This document shows positions 1 to 10,249 of a DNA stretch of 64,000 bases, piece by piece. Source of the DNA: an uncultured bacterium (GTDB taxonomy: Bacteria > Vulcanimicrobiota > Xenobia > Xenobiales > Xenobiaceae). A program made the position numbers and the translations under genes. The notes below the pieces were generated by a model that saw nothing but the letters and a program-made list of their open reading frames with translations, was not told the DNA's origin and made no database searches. Numbering within the stretch: the first letter of the stretch is position 1; each line of letters begins with the position of its first letter. The stretch lies in assembly GCA_958366945.1 (NCBI GenBank), contig CATXCY010000001.1:118496-182495 (forward strand). Direction: 5' to 3'.

Positions 1-912
1 GTAAGAACGAGGACGGCTGCTGAATATCATGTGATGGAACGGGCAGTTCATGGGCTTGAGATAATAGTTCTGGCCATCGTCTATTTGCATAGGCGGGAAC
101 ATACTATCCTTATAGTAAGGAAGGTGACCAGAAGTATAGAAAAGCTGCTCGTTGGTGATGCAAGGAGTAGCTACACGCAAATAACCACCACGTTGCTCGG
201 TTTCTTTAGCAAACTTTTCTAATTCTTCACGCAAAACGGTACCGTTGGGCAACCAAAGAGGCAAACCTAAACCGACCATTTCGTTCATAGTATAGAACTC
301 TAACTCTTTGCTGAGCTTACGATGATCATATTTGCGAGCTTCTTCACGCAAGCGCAAGAACTCTTTGAGCTCTTTCTTGTTGTTAAAAGCTAAACCATAG
401 ATACGAGTCAGCATCTCACGAGACTGATCGCCGCGCCAATAAGCTCCAGCTACCGAATCGAGAGCGAAACAATCGCTGGGAATTTCAGAAGTGTTGCCTA
501 CGTGAGGGCCGGCGCACAGATCGGTAAACTCGCCGTTTTGATAAAAATGAATGTCTTTGCCTTCGCTGGCAAGATCACGCACATATTCAGCCTTGAGAAC
601 TTCACCCTTTTCTTCTAAGCGCTTTACGGCTTCTTCGAGAGGAAGATCGTAATGGGTGAAAGCTTGTTTCTCGGCGATAATGCGGCGCATTTCAGCTTCG
701 ATTTCAGGAAGTTTATCCGCATCAATGGGCGTTGAAAATTGGAAATCATAGTAAAAGCCATTATCTACGGGCGGGCCGAAACCTAACTTGGTATCGGGGT
801 AAAGACGCTGCACCGCTTCTGCCAAAATATGAGACAAAGAGTGACGTCTCTTATAAAGGGGATCGTTTTCCTTTTCCTGGGCATCCATACCCGCATAAAC
901 TTGTCTGGCCAT
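1..912 (-). CDS. thrS: Threonyl-tRNA synthetase, N-terminal ~304 aa. Start ATG at 910-912; the 3' end of the gene runs off the left edge of the window.
   Basis: Reverse-strand translation begins MARQVYAGMDAQEKENDPLYKRRHSLSHILAEAV and ends ...NYYLKPMNCPFHHMIFSSRPRSY. It contains the class II aaRS motif-1-like MNCPFHH and matches the ThrRS N2/editing and catalytic core. A GGAG Shine-Dalgarno precedes the ATG. The ORF tracker missed it because no stop codon falls inside the window. Confidence 0.85.
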   Translation of the reverse strand, partial: MARQVYAGMDAQEKENDPLYKRRHSLSHILAEAVQRLYPDTKLGFGPPVDNGFYYDFQFSTPIDADKLPEIEAEMRRIIAEKQAFTHYDLPLEEAVKRLEEKGEVLKAEYVRDLASEGKDIHFYQNGEFTDLCAGPHVGNTSEIPSDCFALDSVAGAYWRGDQSREMLTRIYGLAFNNKKELKEFLRLREEARKYDHRKLSKELEFYTMNEMVGLGLPLWLPNGTVLREELEKFAKETEQRGGYLRVATPCITNEQLFYTSGHLPYYKDSMFPPMQIDDGQNYYLKPMNCPFHHMIFSSRPRSY

Positions 913-1104
913 AAATAACTCCATATTACGGCAAAGCTTCAACAACAAGCCTTGCCTAGCTCGGCGCAATTTTCAAAAGGGCCTCTTGCCATAGCCTGTT
1001 AGTCCGGCAACAATCAAGCTCCCTATCTGGTCGGCGCCGCGACCATCTATAAATATACACAAATTCAGCAAAATAAACAAACAGGGAAACAAGTCGGCTC
1101 AATT

Positions 1105-2253
1105 TCATATTTTTAAGCCCAAGCGCAAACGAAGCCAGAGCATTAAACAAGTGCTGACAGCTAGAACAAGAGCCGCGATAAAACTGGCTGCACAACTTTT
1201 AAACAAATAAATTTCCGCTTCTCCACGTACCTGAGCATAAATTTGTTCTTGGCTTACCTGAGAAGCTCTGTTATAAAGGTGGAGCAACTGGCTCAAATAT
1301 GGAGATTCTTGATTGCCAACTAAATGTTCACGCAAAACAAAATAAGCGCTATCAGAAGCCAAATTGGCACTTTGTAAAGACTCCCTGTCAAGAGCATACA
1401 TGCCAGCTAAGCTCACGCGTATAGGATTAAAACAATCTTCAAGGGGAACGTTAGAGCGAATGATCGTAGGCACAAAAGAGAGGCTTACTAACAACAAGGC
1501 TAAAGCTACGGAAAATTCACTAAAGAATATACGTATCGTTCCATTCCAGAGTACAAGCAATAAACCGCTCAGCACCAAAACTGTTTCTATTTGACTAAAA
1601 TTCCAAAAGTTATGCAAGAAATAAGCCACCACAGCAGCTGTCAGCAACAATTTTCGCAATGAAGCAGCGCATTTGTCAGGAACATTCTGAAAAGATATGC
1701 CCCACCAAACACCCAAACAAGCAGCTAGCATTAAGGAAAGCAAACTATATACACAAGCAGCTAGTACAATTTCGGCGTTAAGATTGGAGAGCAGCAAACA
1801 AAAAGCTACACTGCTGAAAGAGAACAGAAACCATTCAATTAAGTAAGGGGCCGAAAAAGCTAAAAATTTCAGAATTAAACTCCGATAGCAGCCTCTAGGG
1901 GTAAGGAGAAGCATTTTGTATATACCGCAGCAACTATCGGAGCAAACGGAGGAAGCTAAACGAGGAGCCAGCCCCCAATATTGGCCAGCAATAAAAATAG
2001 CAGTCAGCCAACACAACATACGCGAACAAGAAATAATCGGAGTGCTGCTGCCTTCTAAAACCAAGTATAAGTTCCAAGTAAGGTAAAGTAGCCAAAAAAT
2101 AGGCAAGGCAGCTTCCCAAAAGCACATTTTGCTTTGAGCCAAAACAAGCCTAAGTTCGCGCAACAGCAAAGGGTTGGCTGCTTCTCGATATTTTACTATT
2201 AGCTTATTTAGCATTTCTAGGTTCCAAATTGTAGACGATAAGGCCGTCGCCAA
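1105..2253 (-). CDS. Polytopic integral membrane protein of unknown function. It overlaps the upstream 659-aa membrane protein gene by 50 nt in another frame.
   Basis: 382-aa ORF with many hydrophobic segments. No recognisable catalytic motif. Confidence 0.45.
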   Translation of the reverse strand: MATALSSTIWNLEMLNKLIVKYREAANPLLLRELRLVLAQSKMCFWEAALPIFWLLYLTWNLYLVLEGSSTPIISCSRMLCWLTAIFIAGQYWGLAPRLASSVCSDSCCGIYKMLLLTPRGCYRSLILKFLAFSAPYLIEWFLFSFSSVAFCLLLSNLNAEIVLAACVYSLLSLMLAACLGVWWGISFQNVPDKCAASLRKLLLTAAVVAYFLHNFWNFSQIETVLVLSGLLLVLWNGTIRIFFSEFSVALALLLVSLSFVPTIIRSNVPLEDCFNPIRVSLAGMYALDRESLQSANLASDSAYFVLREHLVGNQESPYLSQLLHLYNRASQVSQEQIYAQVRGEAEIYLFKSCAASFIAALVLAVSTCLMLWLRLRLGLKI

Positions 2254-4183
2254 AACGCATAGGCGCTCCTAGGATTGGTGTCAGACGACTTTCTATATCT
2301 TGAGCAGAAAATTCGGTCAATAAATTCTCATGTAAAACAAAAGCATAAAATCCCATGTCCAATAACGCCTGGGCCCCCTCACGCAAGCGTCTTTTGCTCT
2401 GTGAAGAAGGCTCGATGCCTCGTTGAGCCAGCAAAACTTCTTCCATGAAAGCATTGTGTACGACTTCAGGGCTCAATACTCCGCTAGTTCGGTAAGGTAT
2501 GCGCTTGTGATGCACAGTTTGATAATAGAAATATTCGCCAGGTACCAAAATAGTTCCGGGCCTTTCAAAGGGATAGTCAATTATGGCATACGAGCGCGGA
2601 TCCTCAGCTAACATCTGATAATAGGCTGGAGTTTGAGCTGGACTTATCGGCAATGGCCAAGGCAAAGGAGAAACAAAAGCTGTTTCTACAAAAATCATCA
2701 AAGAGGCTAGTACGCAAAAGAACCATTTACGAGCAACCGTTTCTTTGCCCCAAAGAACTTTGCTTCCGTAGGCAGCCACTATCGATAAGCCGATAAGAGC
2801 TAACATTAAAAAACGAAATGGAATAGCTAAATTGTAGAAGAACGGAAAGCCTAGGAACATCAAGAGGTAAAACGGGTTAATAAACCCAGCCTCGGAAAAA
2901 TCCGAAAAAATTACCCGCGGTCCTAAAGAGAGAGCGATAAAAAAGCCAAATACGACCACCCAGTACAGCAATTTTCGGCGACAAGTTTTACAACGCCAAG
3001 CTGTAAAAGCTAACAATAAAGCGATCCATCCCAAATAGTGAACTCGAACCAATCTATCCACAGTAGAGGTAACTGTGGCATTGCCCTTACCTGGTAAAAA
3101 CAGCCCCAACAAATTTGTATAGTTGTGGAAACCACGCACACCATGCTGATTTACGCTTTTCTCAGGAGCTTGGCCCAAATAATCTTGGAAGTTGAAAATA
3201 GAGCGTTTGGGAGCTTTGCGCGGCATAACAATATTGGCAGAATTGGAAACTGTCATCTTGAAAAGCCAAGCAAAAGGAGAAATAATTATCGCTCCTATAG
3301 CAATTGACGCCGCAACTTTTATAATTTGCTTTTTCCATATCGGAGCACAAATATTCCAACTTTCTAGCAAAGAACGTCGCCAAGACTTTCTCACTCTAGA
3401 TGAACGTATTAAAGCGGATACAGAGAAGCTTCGTCCTTTCCAGAAATTGCGCAAAAGCTCAACCAGAGACCACGCCAAAGCTAAACTAGTGTATACAGCC
3501 ATAAATTCGCCATAATACCAACATGAGAAAGTGGTGAGAGCAAAAAAAATAGCTGTGCCTAGTAGATCACCTATGCTATCGTTTTGCAAAAGGCGATGCA
3601 AAAAAAGAATATACAGCGGTGCCCAAGCGGTATTGAGCGTTTCAGTTACTCCGGAGGAAACAGGATAGCTAAGCACATAAGCAGACAGCCCATAAATGAC
3701 AGCTGCTACTAAAGCGCAAGCCCCATCCTTAACGAAATGGCGAGCTAAAAGCCAAGCGGCCAGTAAGCCAAGCCACAAATTGAAAATTACTGTTAAATTG
3801 TAAGCTCCGGCCAAGCTAACAAATCTAGAGAAAATATAGCCCCAAATAGCATTACAAGGATCGGCAATAAACAAATAGCCGCCTCTGGGGGCATTAAGCA
3901 AATCACAAAACAAAGGGATTTGTCCCTGAGCCAAGCAATCGCGCACCCACCAATGGCCCCACAAATGCTTCCAAAAATCACCTTGGTAATCGCCTATCAA
4001 GCTATCGCTTAAGTGAAATGGCGCAGGCCAAAGAGCAACTACTGTGAGCAAAGCAAAGAAAAGACAGACAGAGACTAATTCAAGTGGCCATATAAAACCG
4101 TTTTTCGCCTCTGTGCCCTGCTTATTTGTTCCTTCTACGTATTTTTTATCGTTTGTCGGCAACTCACTCTGCGTAATATACAT
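2204..4183 (-). CDS. Large polytopic membrane protein, GT-C-fold glycosyltransferase-like (YfhO/DUF2079/DUF2723-like).
   Basis: 659 aa with more than 12 predicted TM helices. An aromatic-rich first loop (GDFWKHLWGHWWVRD) resembles the first loop of the 5410-7494 product (WIYHSWEQYYYQ). Confidence 0.5.
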   Translation of the reverse strand: MYITQSELPTNDKKYVEGTNKQGTEAKNGFIWPLELVSVCLFFALLTVVALWPAPFHLSDSLIGDYQGDFWKHLWGHWWVRDCLAQGQIPLFCDLLNAPRGGYLFIADPCNAIWGYIFSRFVSLAGAYNLTVIFNLWLGLLAAWLLARHFVKDGACALVAAVIYGLSAYVLSYPVSSGVTETLNTAWAPLYILFLHRLLQNDSIGDLLGTAIFFALTTFSCWYYGEFMAVYTSLALAWSLVELLRNFWKGRSFSVSALIRSSRVRKSWRRSLLESWNICAPIWKKQIIKVAASIAIGAIIISPFAWLFKMTVSNSANIVMPRKAPKRSIFNFQDYLGQAPEKSVNQHGVRGFHNYTNLLGLFLPGKGNATVTSTVDRLVRVHYLGWIALLLAFTAWRCKTCRRKLLYWVVVFGFFIALSLGPRVIFSDFSEAGFINPFYLLMFLGFPFFYNLAIPFRFLMLALIGLSIVAAYGSKVLWGKETVARKWFFCVLASLMIFVETAFVSPLPWPLPISPAQTPAYYQMLAEDPRSYAIIDYPFERPGTILVPGEYFYYQTVHHKRIPYRTSGVLSPEVVHNAFMEEVLLAQRGIEPSSQSKRRLREGAQALLDMGFYAFVLHENLLTEFSAQDIESRLTPILGAPMRFGDGLIVYNLEPRNAK

Positions 4184-4293
4184 ACTGTCCCGCGCTCAAA
4201 AGATAGGCTTCAAACTAAATTCAATTCTAACCAAGAAGGCTGCTATTTCTAAGGCAGGGTTTCCTTTTCCCCTATACGAAGGGCTTTGCACTC

Positions 4294-5373
4294 ATGACAG
4301 CGAGCCAAACTTCCCCAAAACACCTTTTGATCTTTATTGTGGGCTTAACTTTTGTACTTATAGTGGAGCTGGCTTTGTTGGCTTGCAATTGCCATGAAAG
4401 TTTAAATGGATACGAGATGCGCCGTGAAGGTTATGTCTTTACCAAAGGTAGCGGCTTCAATCCACTGAAAAATATAGAAAATAGCCAAGTTTGTTTAGAC
4501 TGGCTCGGACTTAAGCGTTGTCAGAAATTGCTACAAGAAAAGAATCTCTGGCCTCTATCAATAGAAGACAGTAAGCATTTCGCCTTATTGGAGAACTTGG
4601 CCAGACAAGAAGCTGATAACAGCTTAAACTTATACGATCAACTATACGAACGCCTTTCTACCGAGCAATTGCAAGTGTTTTTGAGCATGGACGATTCGCT
4701 AACTCCTTACACTTGCGCAGGGGCAGAAGGTTCCGATATAAGAACCTACACTAAAGCCATCTCTATTTTGAGGAATAGTGCTAACTGGTCTAATTGCCGT
4801 CGCTTGCAAGATCTCGACTCGCTTTCGGAAATACTCCGGGGCAGTCGACAAGATATTGTTACCGAAGAAGAAAAATTAAGACAATATCGCAATCTCAATT
4901 TACCTCCCCTAAGCACAAAGCCTTTGCCACCAGCCCAAGGCCCCGGATTTGAGTTTTCAGCAAAGCGTCAGCAATTGCTAAAAAAAGCCTCTCAATTAAA
5001 TCTTCATCCTTTGAGAACACTCATCTCTTTGCAACATCTTTGCCAAATTGCTAACCCTAAGCTTCAGCCCCAACAAGCCCAAGAATGCTTAATTATCTTG
5101 GAAAGGCTCAGAATATCTTCATTGCGCTTGAGCATTTTGCACGATGAAGCTATCAAGCTTATTCCAGAAAGGCAATGGCAAGTTTTGCTCCTAGAGCCAG
5201 AACTAAAAGCACTCGATAAAAGATTTGTACAGGATTTACTGTATCCCAAAACTCTGCATTTGCTAAAAGAATCCCTTACTTCGGTAAAACAGGACGCGGC
5301 AATTGCCAAAGAGTTAAATCTAGCCATTCCCCCCATTGAGCGGGAAGGCCCTCCACCGCCGAAGATGAGATAA
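4294..5373 (+). CDS. Hypothetical protein with an N-terminal TM anchor.
   Basis: 359-aa ORF transcribed divergently from the 2204-4183 gene. An N-terminal hydrophobic helix (LLIFIVGLTFVLIVELALLA) is followed by a soluble Leu/Gln-rich domain. Confidence 0.4.
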   Translation: MTASQTSPKHLLIFIVGLTFVLIVELALLACNCHESLNGYEMRREGYVFTKGSGFNPLKNIENSQVCLDWLGLKRCQKLLQEKNLWPLSIEDSKHFALLENLARQEADNSLNLYDQLYERLSTEQLQVFLSMDDSLTPYTCAGAEGSDIRTYTKAISILRNSANWSNCRRLQDLDSLSEILRGSRQDIVTEEEKLRQYRNLNLPPLSTKPLPPAQGPGFEFSAKRQQLLKKASQLNLHPLRTLISLQHLCQIANPKLQPQQAQECLIILERLRISSLRLSILHDEAIKLIPERQWQVLLLEPELKALDKRFVQDLLYPKTLHLLKESLTSVKQDAAIAKELNLAIPPIEREGPPPPKMR

Positions 5374-5409
5374 TTCCATTTTGAAAAAGTATTCGCCTAT
5401 TGTAAAGCT

Positions 5410-7494
5410 ATGTCAGAAGAGAACAAAAGTACAGCAAACGGCACTGCTGCCGTAAAAGACTTATTCAAACGTGTAGATTTAGTTTGCGATTTTCGCTTTT
5501 CAGCCATAATTTACATATTATTGTCTGTCTTATGCGCAGGTTCACTCATTTGGCAAGCTAAGCAAGCCGTTATCGGCTATTTGGGCCATGAAAACACGGC
5601 ACAAACGCTTTGGATTTATCACTCTTGGGAGCAATATTACTACCAAACTTTTCATTTTTTTATTACTAATTACGGCTTGACTGGCTCTTTGGCCAAGTTG
5701 CCAGAATTGTATAACCACCTAGTCAGCTTCGGAGAGCGCAGCAGCGTAGCTAACGGCCTAGATTTTATCTGGACTTGGCCCCTAGTTAAGTTATTCGGCT
5801 TTCCTCTTTATTACAACGTAAAATGTATCCTTATCGTAGTAATTAACGCTCTAGCCATGCGTTGGCTCTGCGGCAAAATGGGCTGCCGTCCAAACTCGGC
5901 TTTTTTAGGAGGGCTCCTCTTCGCCTTTAATCCTTGGCAATGGTTCCTTTTAAGCACAGGGCGTATTATTGAAGCTCAAACTTTTTGGCCTGTTTTTTTC
6001 ATAGGTAGTTTTCTTTCAGCTTGGGGCCAAAGCGATCCTATGAAATGGGCCCGTTGCGGAGCCCTCCTAGCTTTGACAGCGTGCAATTATTGGTTCTATG
6101 GCCATTTTGCCGTTATCTTTGTGTTATTCTTTGTGCTGTATCGTGCGACAGCGGCAGCCCTTCGTTGCATAAGGGAAAAAAAGCTTCCTTCCTTCGGGCT
6201 TAAATTTAGCCTTGATATTTGGGGCAGCTTGCTTCTATTTTGTCTCACTTTCAGCGTCATAATTTTGCCAGCTGCTCATCCTTACTTGACGCGCCTTTTT
6301 TCTCACGACAATATCCCAGGATTAGTTCGTCCCGATCCTGGGCGCGTCCCTGATGTATCTACGCTTTACAGACAGAGCATTGCCTATTCGTGCGAAGCTT
6401 TTTACGCCTTCGTTCAGCCGACTAAAGGCTTAAGCACCCCTATCAACCCTCCACAAAGTATTTCCACAGAGGCGACATTTTCAGCCAACATAAGTTTAAT
6501 GGTGATGCTGTCCTTTTTATTGCTTGGCACTCAAGTTACGCTCAAAAACAGAAGTCGGCTGAAGTTTTGGTGTTGGGCCGCCGCTGCCTTTTATTTGTTG
6601 CCCTTGGGGCCATTCCTAAAGCACAAAGCTCAATTAGTCTATTGGCAAGGCCACTCCATTCCGTTGCCTTACAAATTTTTTTGCGATCATATGCCGCTAC
6701 TCGATAAACTGTTTTGGCCATGCCAAGCCATACTTTTATTTGCGATAGCTGCAGCAATTTGCATAGCAATGAGCCTAGAAGCGCTTCGAGACAACAAAAA
6801 ATTTTCTCCTCAGCTATTGGCCGTAATAACAATTGCAGCCGTCATTTTGCCTTTTAGCGAAGCATTGCAACGCAAGCAATTACCTTGGCCATCAACCAAA
6901 CTTGCTCCGGCAATATATGAGCACACTCAACAAAAACAAAACTTGTCAGAAAGCGTAATCTTTGTTCCTTTGGGACGGCGCCCTTGGCAAGCGACTAGCG
7001 ATTATAATCATAATTTTTACTACGATCCCGATCTTACTTTGGTAGATTTACGCTTAGTTATAGACAATAACAGAGGTTTATTTTCACGCCACCTTTATAA
7101 CAGCGGTAAAGACGTCTGGCTTTTCGACAAGCAAGCTTTAGTAGACCAAAGTTTTTTAGGCTTTATAAGCGATTTAGGTAGCCAATATGTGCCACGCCGC
7201 TTTAGTCACAACGATCTGGAGGCTGTGCAACATGAAGGATACAACCTAATTGGCGTAAGCGAACGACTTTGTAGCCATCGTCCCCGTAGCGGAGCCTATA
7301 CAGTAGCCCCGGATCAGGGACAAGCTATCTTCAAAGATATTTGTCAAAGGCTGGAAGTTATTTTCGGCCCTCCTGTAAAGATTGTCGAGGAAATTTCTTA
7401 TGAAAAAGACCTTATTCCAGGAGAAATCACCCCAAAATCATACCAAATAAAAATCTACGATACACGCCACTTTAAAGTTAAAGCTCAAAAATAG
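5410..7494 (+). CDS. Large polytopic membrane protein, putative GT-C-like glycosyltransferase. Likely a paralog of the 2204-4183 product.
   Basis: 694 aa, with many TM helices followed by a C-terminal soluble domain. Confidence 0.5.
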   Translation: MSEENKSTANGTAAVKDLFKRVDLVCDFRFSAIIYILLSVLCAGSLIWQAKQAVIGYLGHENTAQTLWIYHSWEQYYYQTFHFFITNYGLTGSLAKLPELYNHLVSFGERSSVANGLDFIWTWPLVKLFGFPLYYNVKCILIVVINALAMRWLCGKMGCRPNSAFLGGLLFAFNPWQWFLLSTGRIIEAQTFWPVFFIGSFLSAWGQSDPMKWARCGALLALTACNYWFYGHFAVIFVLFFVLYRATAAALRCIREKKLPSFGLKFSLDIWGSLLLFCLTFSVIILPAAHPYLTRLFSHDNIPGLVRPDPGRVPDVSTLYRQSIAYSCEAFYAFVQPTKGLSTPINPPQSISTEATFSANISLMVMLSFLLLGTQVTLKNRSRLKFWCWAAAAFYLLPLGPFLKHKAQLVYWQGHSIPLPYKFFCDHMPLLDKLFWPCQAILLFAIAAAICIAMSLEALRDNKKFSPQLLAVITIAAVILPFSEALQRKQLPWPSTKLAPAIYEHTQQKQNLSESVIFVPLGRRPWQATSDYNHNFYYDPDLTLVDLRLVIDNNRGLFSRHLYNSGKDVWLFDKQALVDQSFLGFISDLGSQYVPRRFSHNDLEAVQHEGYNLIGVSERLCSHRPRSGAYTVAPDQGQAIFKDICQRLEVIFGPPVKIVEEISYEKDLIPGEITPKSYQIKIYDTRHFKVKAQK

Positions 7495-7681
7495 GGTGAA
7501 GGTAAGTTCGCTTAATGGAAGAAAATGTCCGTTTATAGTCTACGTGGCGAAAGGTGCAAATAAGTTCACGTTTTTTTGCACTTTGCAACATAGCGTATGT
7601 CATGTCAACATATATTTTTTTATGTTTGGCATGATTTTACTCGCTTAGTCGGCGGCCACATTTAACAGGGAGGATCAAAGC

Positions 7682-7978
7682 ATGTCTACAACTATCAGCA
7701 CCGCGCTGCTGCTATGCGCCATTGCGCTGGTAATCATCGGTGTAACCGTTCCCGTCATCATTCTTATTCGTCTGCACGCCATAGAAGAGAATTTGGAGAA
7801 AACTGCCATCTTATTAACGGTTTTGGCAAATTTGCAAGGAGCGACCGAGGCTGACGTGGCCAGAGCAGCCGGCTTAGAGGAAGAAGTAATTTCTCTTCCT
7901 AAGCCCAGTCAGAAGAGCGGTCGCATTTCACTCGATAAGTCGGAAGATACCAAAGGCGATAAGAAAAAAGGCAAATAA
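7682..7978 (+). CDS. Small membrane protein with a Lys-rich C-terminal tail.
   Basis: 98 aa. GGGAGGA Shine-Dalgarno immediately upstream. One TM helix (ALLLCAIALVIIGVTVPVIILI). Confidence 0.4.
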   Translation: MSTTISTALLLCAIALVIIGVTVPVIILIRLHAIEENLEKTAILLTVLANLQGATEADVARAAGLEEEVISLPKPSQKSGRISLDKSEDTKGDKKKGK

Positions 7979-8079
7979 GCAATATCTTCTCGAAAAAGAG
8001 AAGATACACAAAACAATAGGCGCCTGTTAGGATTAAATACCAGCAGTGTGTCTGTTTTAGTTTGTCGAGGATTTTATTT

Positions 8080-10122
8080 ATGAAGTTTAATTTTAGGCCG
8101 CAGCTTTTAAGCAAAAAGCTCAAAAACTTTTTGTACGTAGCTGTGTTTGTGTTGGCTGCGCTTCCTTTGAGCGTACAAGCTGCCGATTCGCCTTCCAAGC
8201 CGGATGGTCGTTTCTTTAACTCTCCCGGATTAAAGGAATATCCTAATGCCTGCGCCATTATTTTGGAAGACGATCTTACCTACCGTCTCAATGAAGATTA
8301 TTCTGCTGAAGCCACAGAGTATAATGCCATCAAGCTTCTCAACGGAGAAGGCGTTAAGCTTTTCCGTCTTTATCCCAGAAATTTTGACGCTTCTTTTGAA
8401 ACTGTAGAATTTGAATACGCTCGTAGTATCAGTCCTCAAGGACAAGTAACCGAGGTACCAGCTGGCAATATTAAAACGATAGCTGCTATTAGCGGAGCTC
8501 CTATTTATGAGGATCGTCAAATTTATGTAGCAGAGTTTCCCAACCTTGAAGTCGGCTCGGTAATTGAATATTCTATCAAGACCAAATACGCTCCCAGAAA
8601 AGATAAGCAATGGTGGGCTTGTTCATATTTACAAAATGATTTGCCCATTTTGCACTCTACATACAAAGTAAGTGTACCTTCTCAAGAAAAAGCCTACACT
8701 TTTACCAATGTTCCTTATCTCCGTTCACCTAAAGTGACCGAGAGCAAGGGAGTACGCACTTACTCCTGGGAAACAAAAGAAGCTTTCGACGCCATTACCA
8801 GCAACGTCAGTATGCCTTCGTCCTTCAACTACTACAAATATGTAGCCGCCTCCAGTTTCTCCGATTGGAAAGATCTGAGTAAATGGGCTGCCGCTATTTG
8901 GGACGAAAATACTGCCGACAACGATGCCTCTTTGAGCATGCTTTGCACTCGCATTACTTCCGTGGGCAAACCGGCCGAAGAACGCATACAAGACGTGCTC
9001 GGCTATATGTCCAAGTTTTCTATTTTGGATAAAGATCAGAACATCTGGCGCTCAGTAGACTTCAAGCGAGCCACTTTATCTAAGTTGCTTACCTATCAAG
9101 ATGCAGCTTATCTAACTGGTGCTCTCTTGAGAAGAGCCGGTTTGAGAGTCGATGTGTATATGGCTTCCAGTTCCGATCTGAAAACTATGGCCCAATTGCC
9201 TCCCATACCAACCTACTTTAGTCAATTTTTACTCAAAGTCTCTGATCCAGGTGGTAAGACTTGGTGGATCGATCCTTCTTTGCCAGGTTCTGCTCTTAAC
9301 GCTCCCAACTTAGGTTGGCAAGGTTCAGCTATGCTTGAACTTCCCTCGCCTCACAGTTCTAAGCCTGGCCGTCTGGTAGCTGCTCCTATAGACACTCCGG
9401 AAGATAATATTTGCTCTTACAACATGGAAGGACGCATTGAAGCTAATGGCATAGGCCAGCTTAATGCTGACATCACTTACAATGGTCCCCGCGCCAATAT
9501 TCTGCGTACTGCCGAGGGGCAAGCTCAAGCTTTAACTGACGCCCAGCACAAAGAAATGGTCAACTGGATTATTGGTAAGTTTAATAACAACTTCTGTTTC
9601 CAAACTATTCCCTATGCCAATTTCTTCCCCGCCGAAATAGATGCTCAGTCGCCAGTAACTGTCGGTACTTCTGTACAGTTTGCCAACTATGCTCGCTATA
9701 GTCGCGAAAGGGATCGTTTTGAAACTCCTTTGCCTATAACCCAGGGACAGTCTTTGCAAGCCGGACTCAATAGTGCTTCCCGCCTCTATCCTGTCCGTTT
9801 TGATGCTCCTTTTATTGACGAAGTCAGCTACCATGTAATTCTCCCTCAAGATAGCAAGGTAGTGGCTCAGCCGAGAGATATGACTTTGAGCAACGATGTA
9901 GGCTCATATACTTGTAAAACCGTAGTCAAAGGTTCTGAAGTATGGTTTTATAGCCGTACACAAATAAATTTAACCTGGATCTACAAAGACAAGTTTGCCC
10001 AGCTTGAAGAACTGGCTAAAGCCCAATTATCCACTTTCAAATCTCCTTTAGCTTACAAGCTGACTCTCAAAGTCCCGACAGAAAAAATCCAAGAGACTGA
10101 GGACGAAGCTTCGCAAGAGTAA
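8080..10122 (+). CDS. Secreted DUF3857/transglutaminase-like domain protein. The catalytic Cys motif appears to be replaced.
   Basis: ATG at 8080 with GAGG 9 nt upstream; the tracker's TTG at 8062 is less likely. Signal peptide MKFNFRPQLLSKKLKNFLYVAVFVLAALPLSVQA. The segment LTYQDAAYLTGALLRRAGLRVDVYMASS aligns to the GDCKD..ALLRAxG core of transglutaminase-like proteins but lacks the Cys. Confidence 0.5.
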   Translation: MKFNFRPQLLSKKLKNFLYVAVFVLAALPLSVQAADSPSKPDGRFFNSPGLKEYPNACAIILEDDLTYRLNEDYSAEATEYNAIKLLNGEGVKLFRLYPRNFDASFETVEFEYARSISPQGQVTEVPAGNIKTIAAISGAPIYEDRQIYVAEFPNLEVGSVIEYSIKTKYAPRKDKQWWACSYLQNDLPILHSTYKVSVPSQEKAYTFTNVPYLRSPKVTESKGVRTYSWETKEAFDAITSNVSMPSSFNYYKYVAASSFSDWKDLSKWAAAIWDENTADNDASLSMLCTRITSVGKPAEERIQDVLGYMSKFSILDKDQNIWRSVDFKRATLSKLLTYQDAAYLTGALLRRAGLRVDVYMASSSDLKTMAQLPPIPTYFSQFLLKVSDPGGKTWWIDPSLPGSALNAPNLGWQGSAMLELPSPHSSKPGRLVAAPIDTPEDNICSYNMEGRIEANGIGQLNADITYNGPRANILRTAEGQAQALTDAQHKEMVNWIIGKFNNNFCFQTIPYANFFPAEIDAQSPVTVGTSVQFANYARYSRERDRFETPLPITQGQSLQAGLNSASRLYPVRFDAPFIDEVSYHVILPQDSKVVAQPRDMTLSNDVGSYTCKTVVKGSEVWFYSRTQINLTWIYKDKFAQLEELAKAQLSTFKSPLAYKLTLKVPTEKIQETEDEASQE

Positions 10123-10144
10123 GAAATAATAATCCTCGACATTG

Positions 10145-10190
10145 TCCCCCACTATTCAGAGAGATTCTGAAGGTGGGGGATTTTTTTTGT
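10145..10190 (+). terminator. Rho-independent terminator.
   Basis: Stem TCCCCCAC...GTGGGGGA followed by TTTTTTTT. Confidence 0.55.
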
Positions 10191-10249
10191 TTCTGTCGCA
10201 TTGAGCAAGGCTATTTTACGAGTTCTCAACGCGAATTAAGGTATTTTTT

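Noticed and set aside
4044-4397. 117-aa plus-strand ORF spanning the 2204-4183 / 4294-5373 divergent promoter region.
   Set aside because: It overlaps the start of the minus-strand membrane-protein gene and the 4294 start. It is a promoter-region artefact with no SD.
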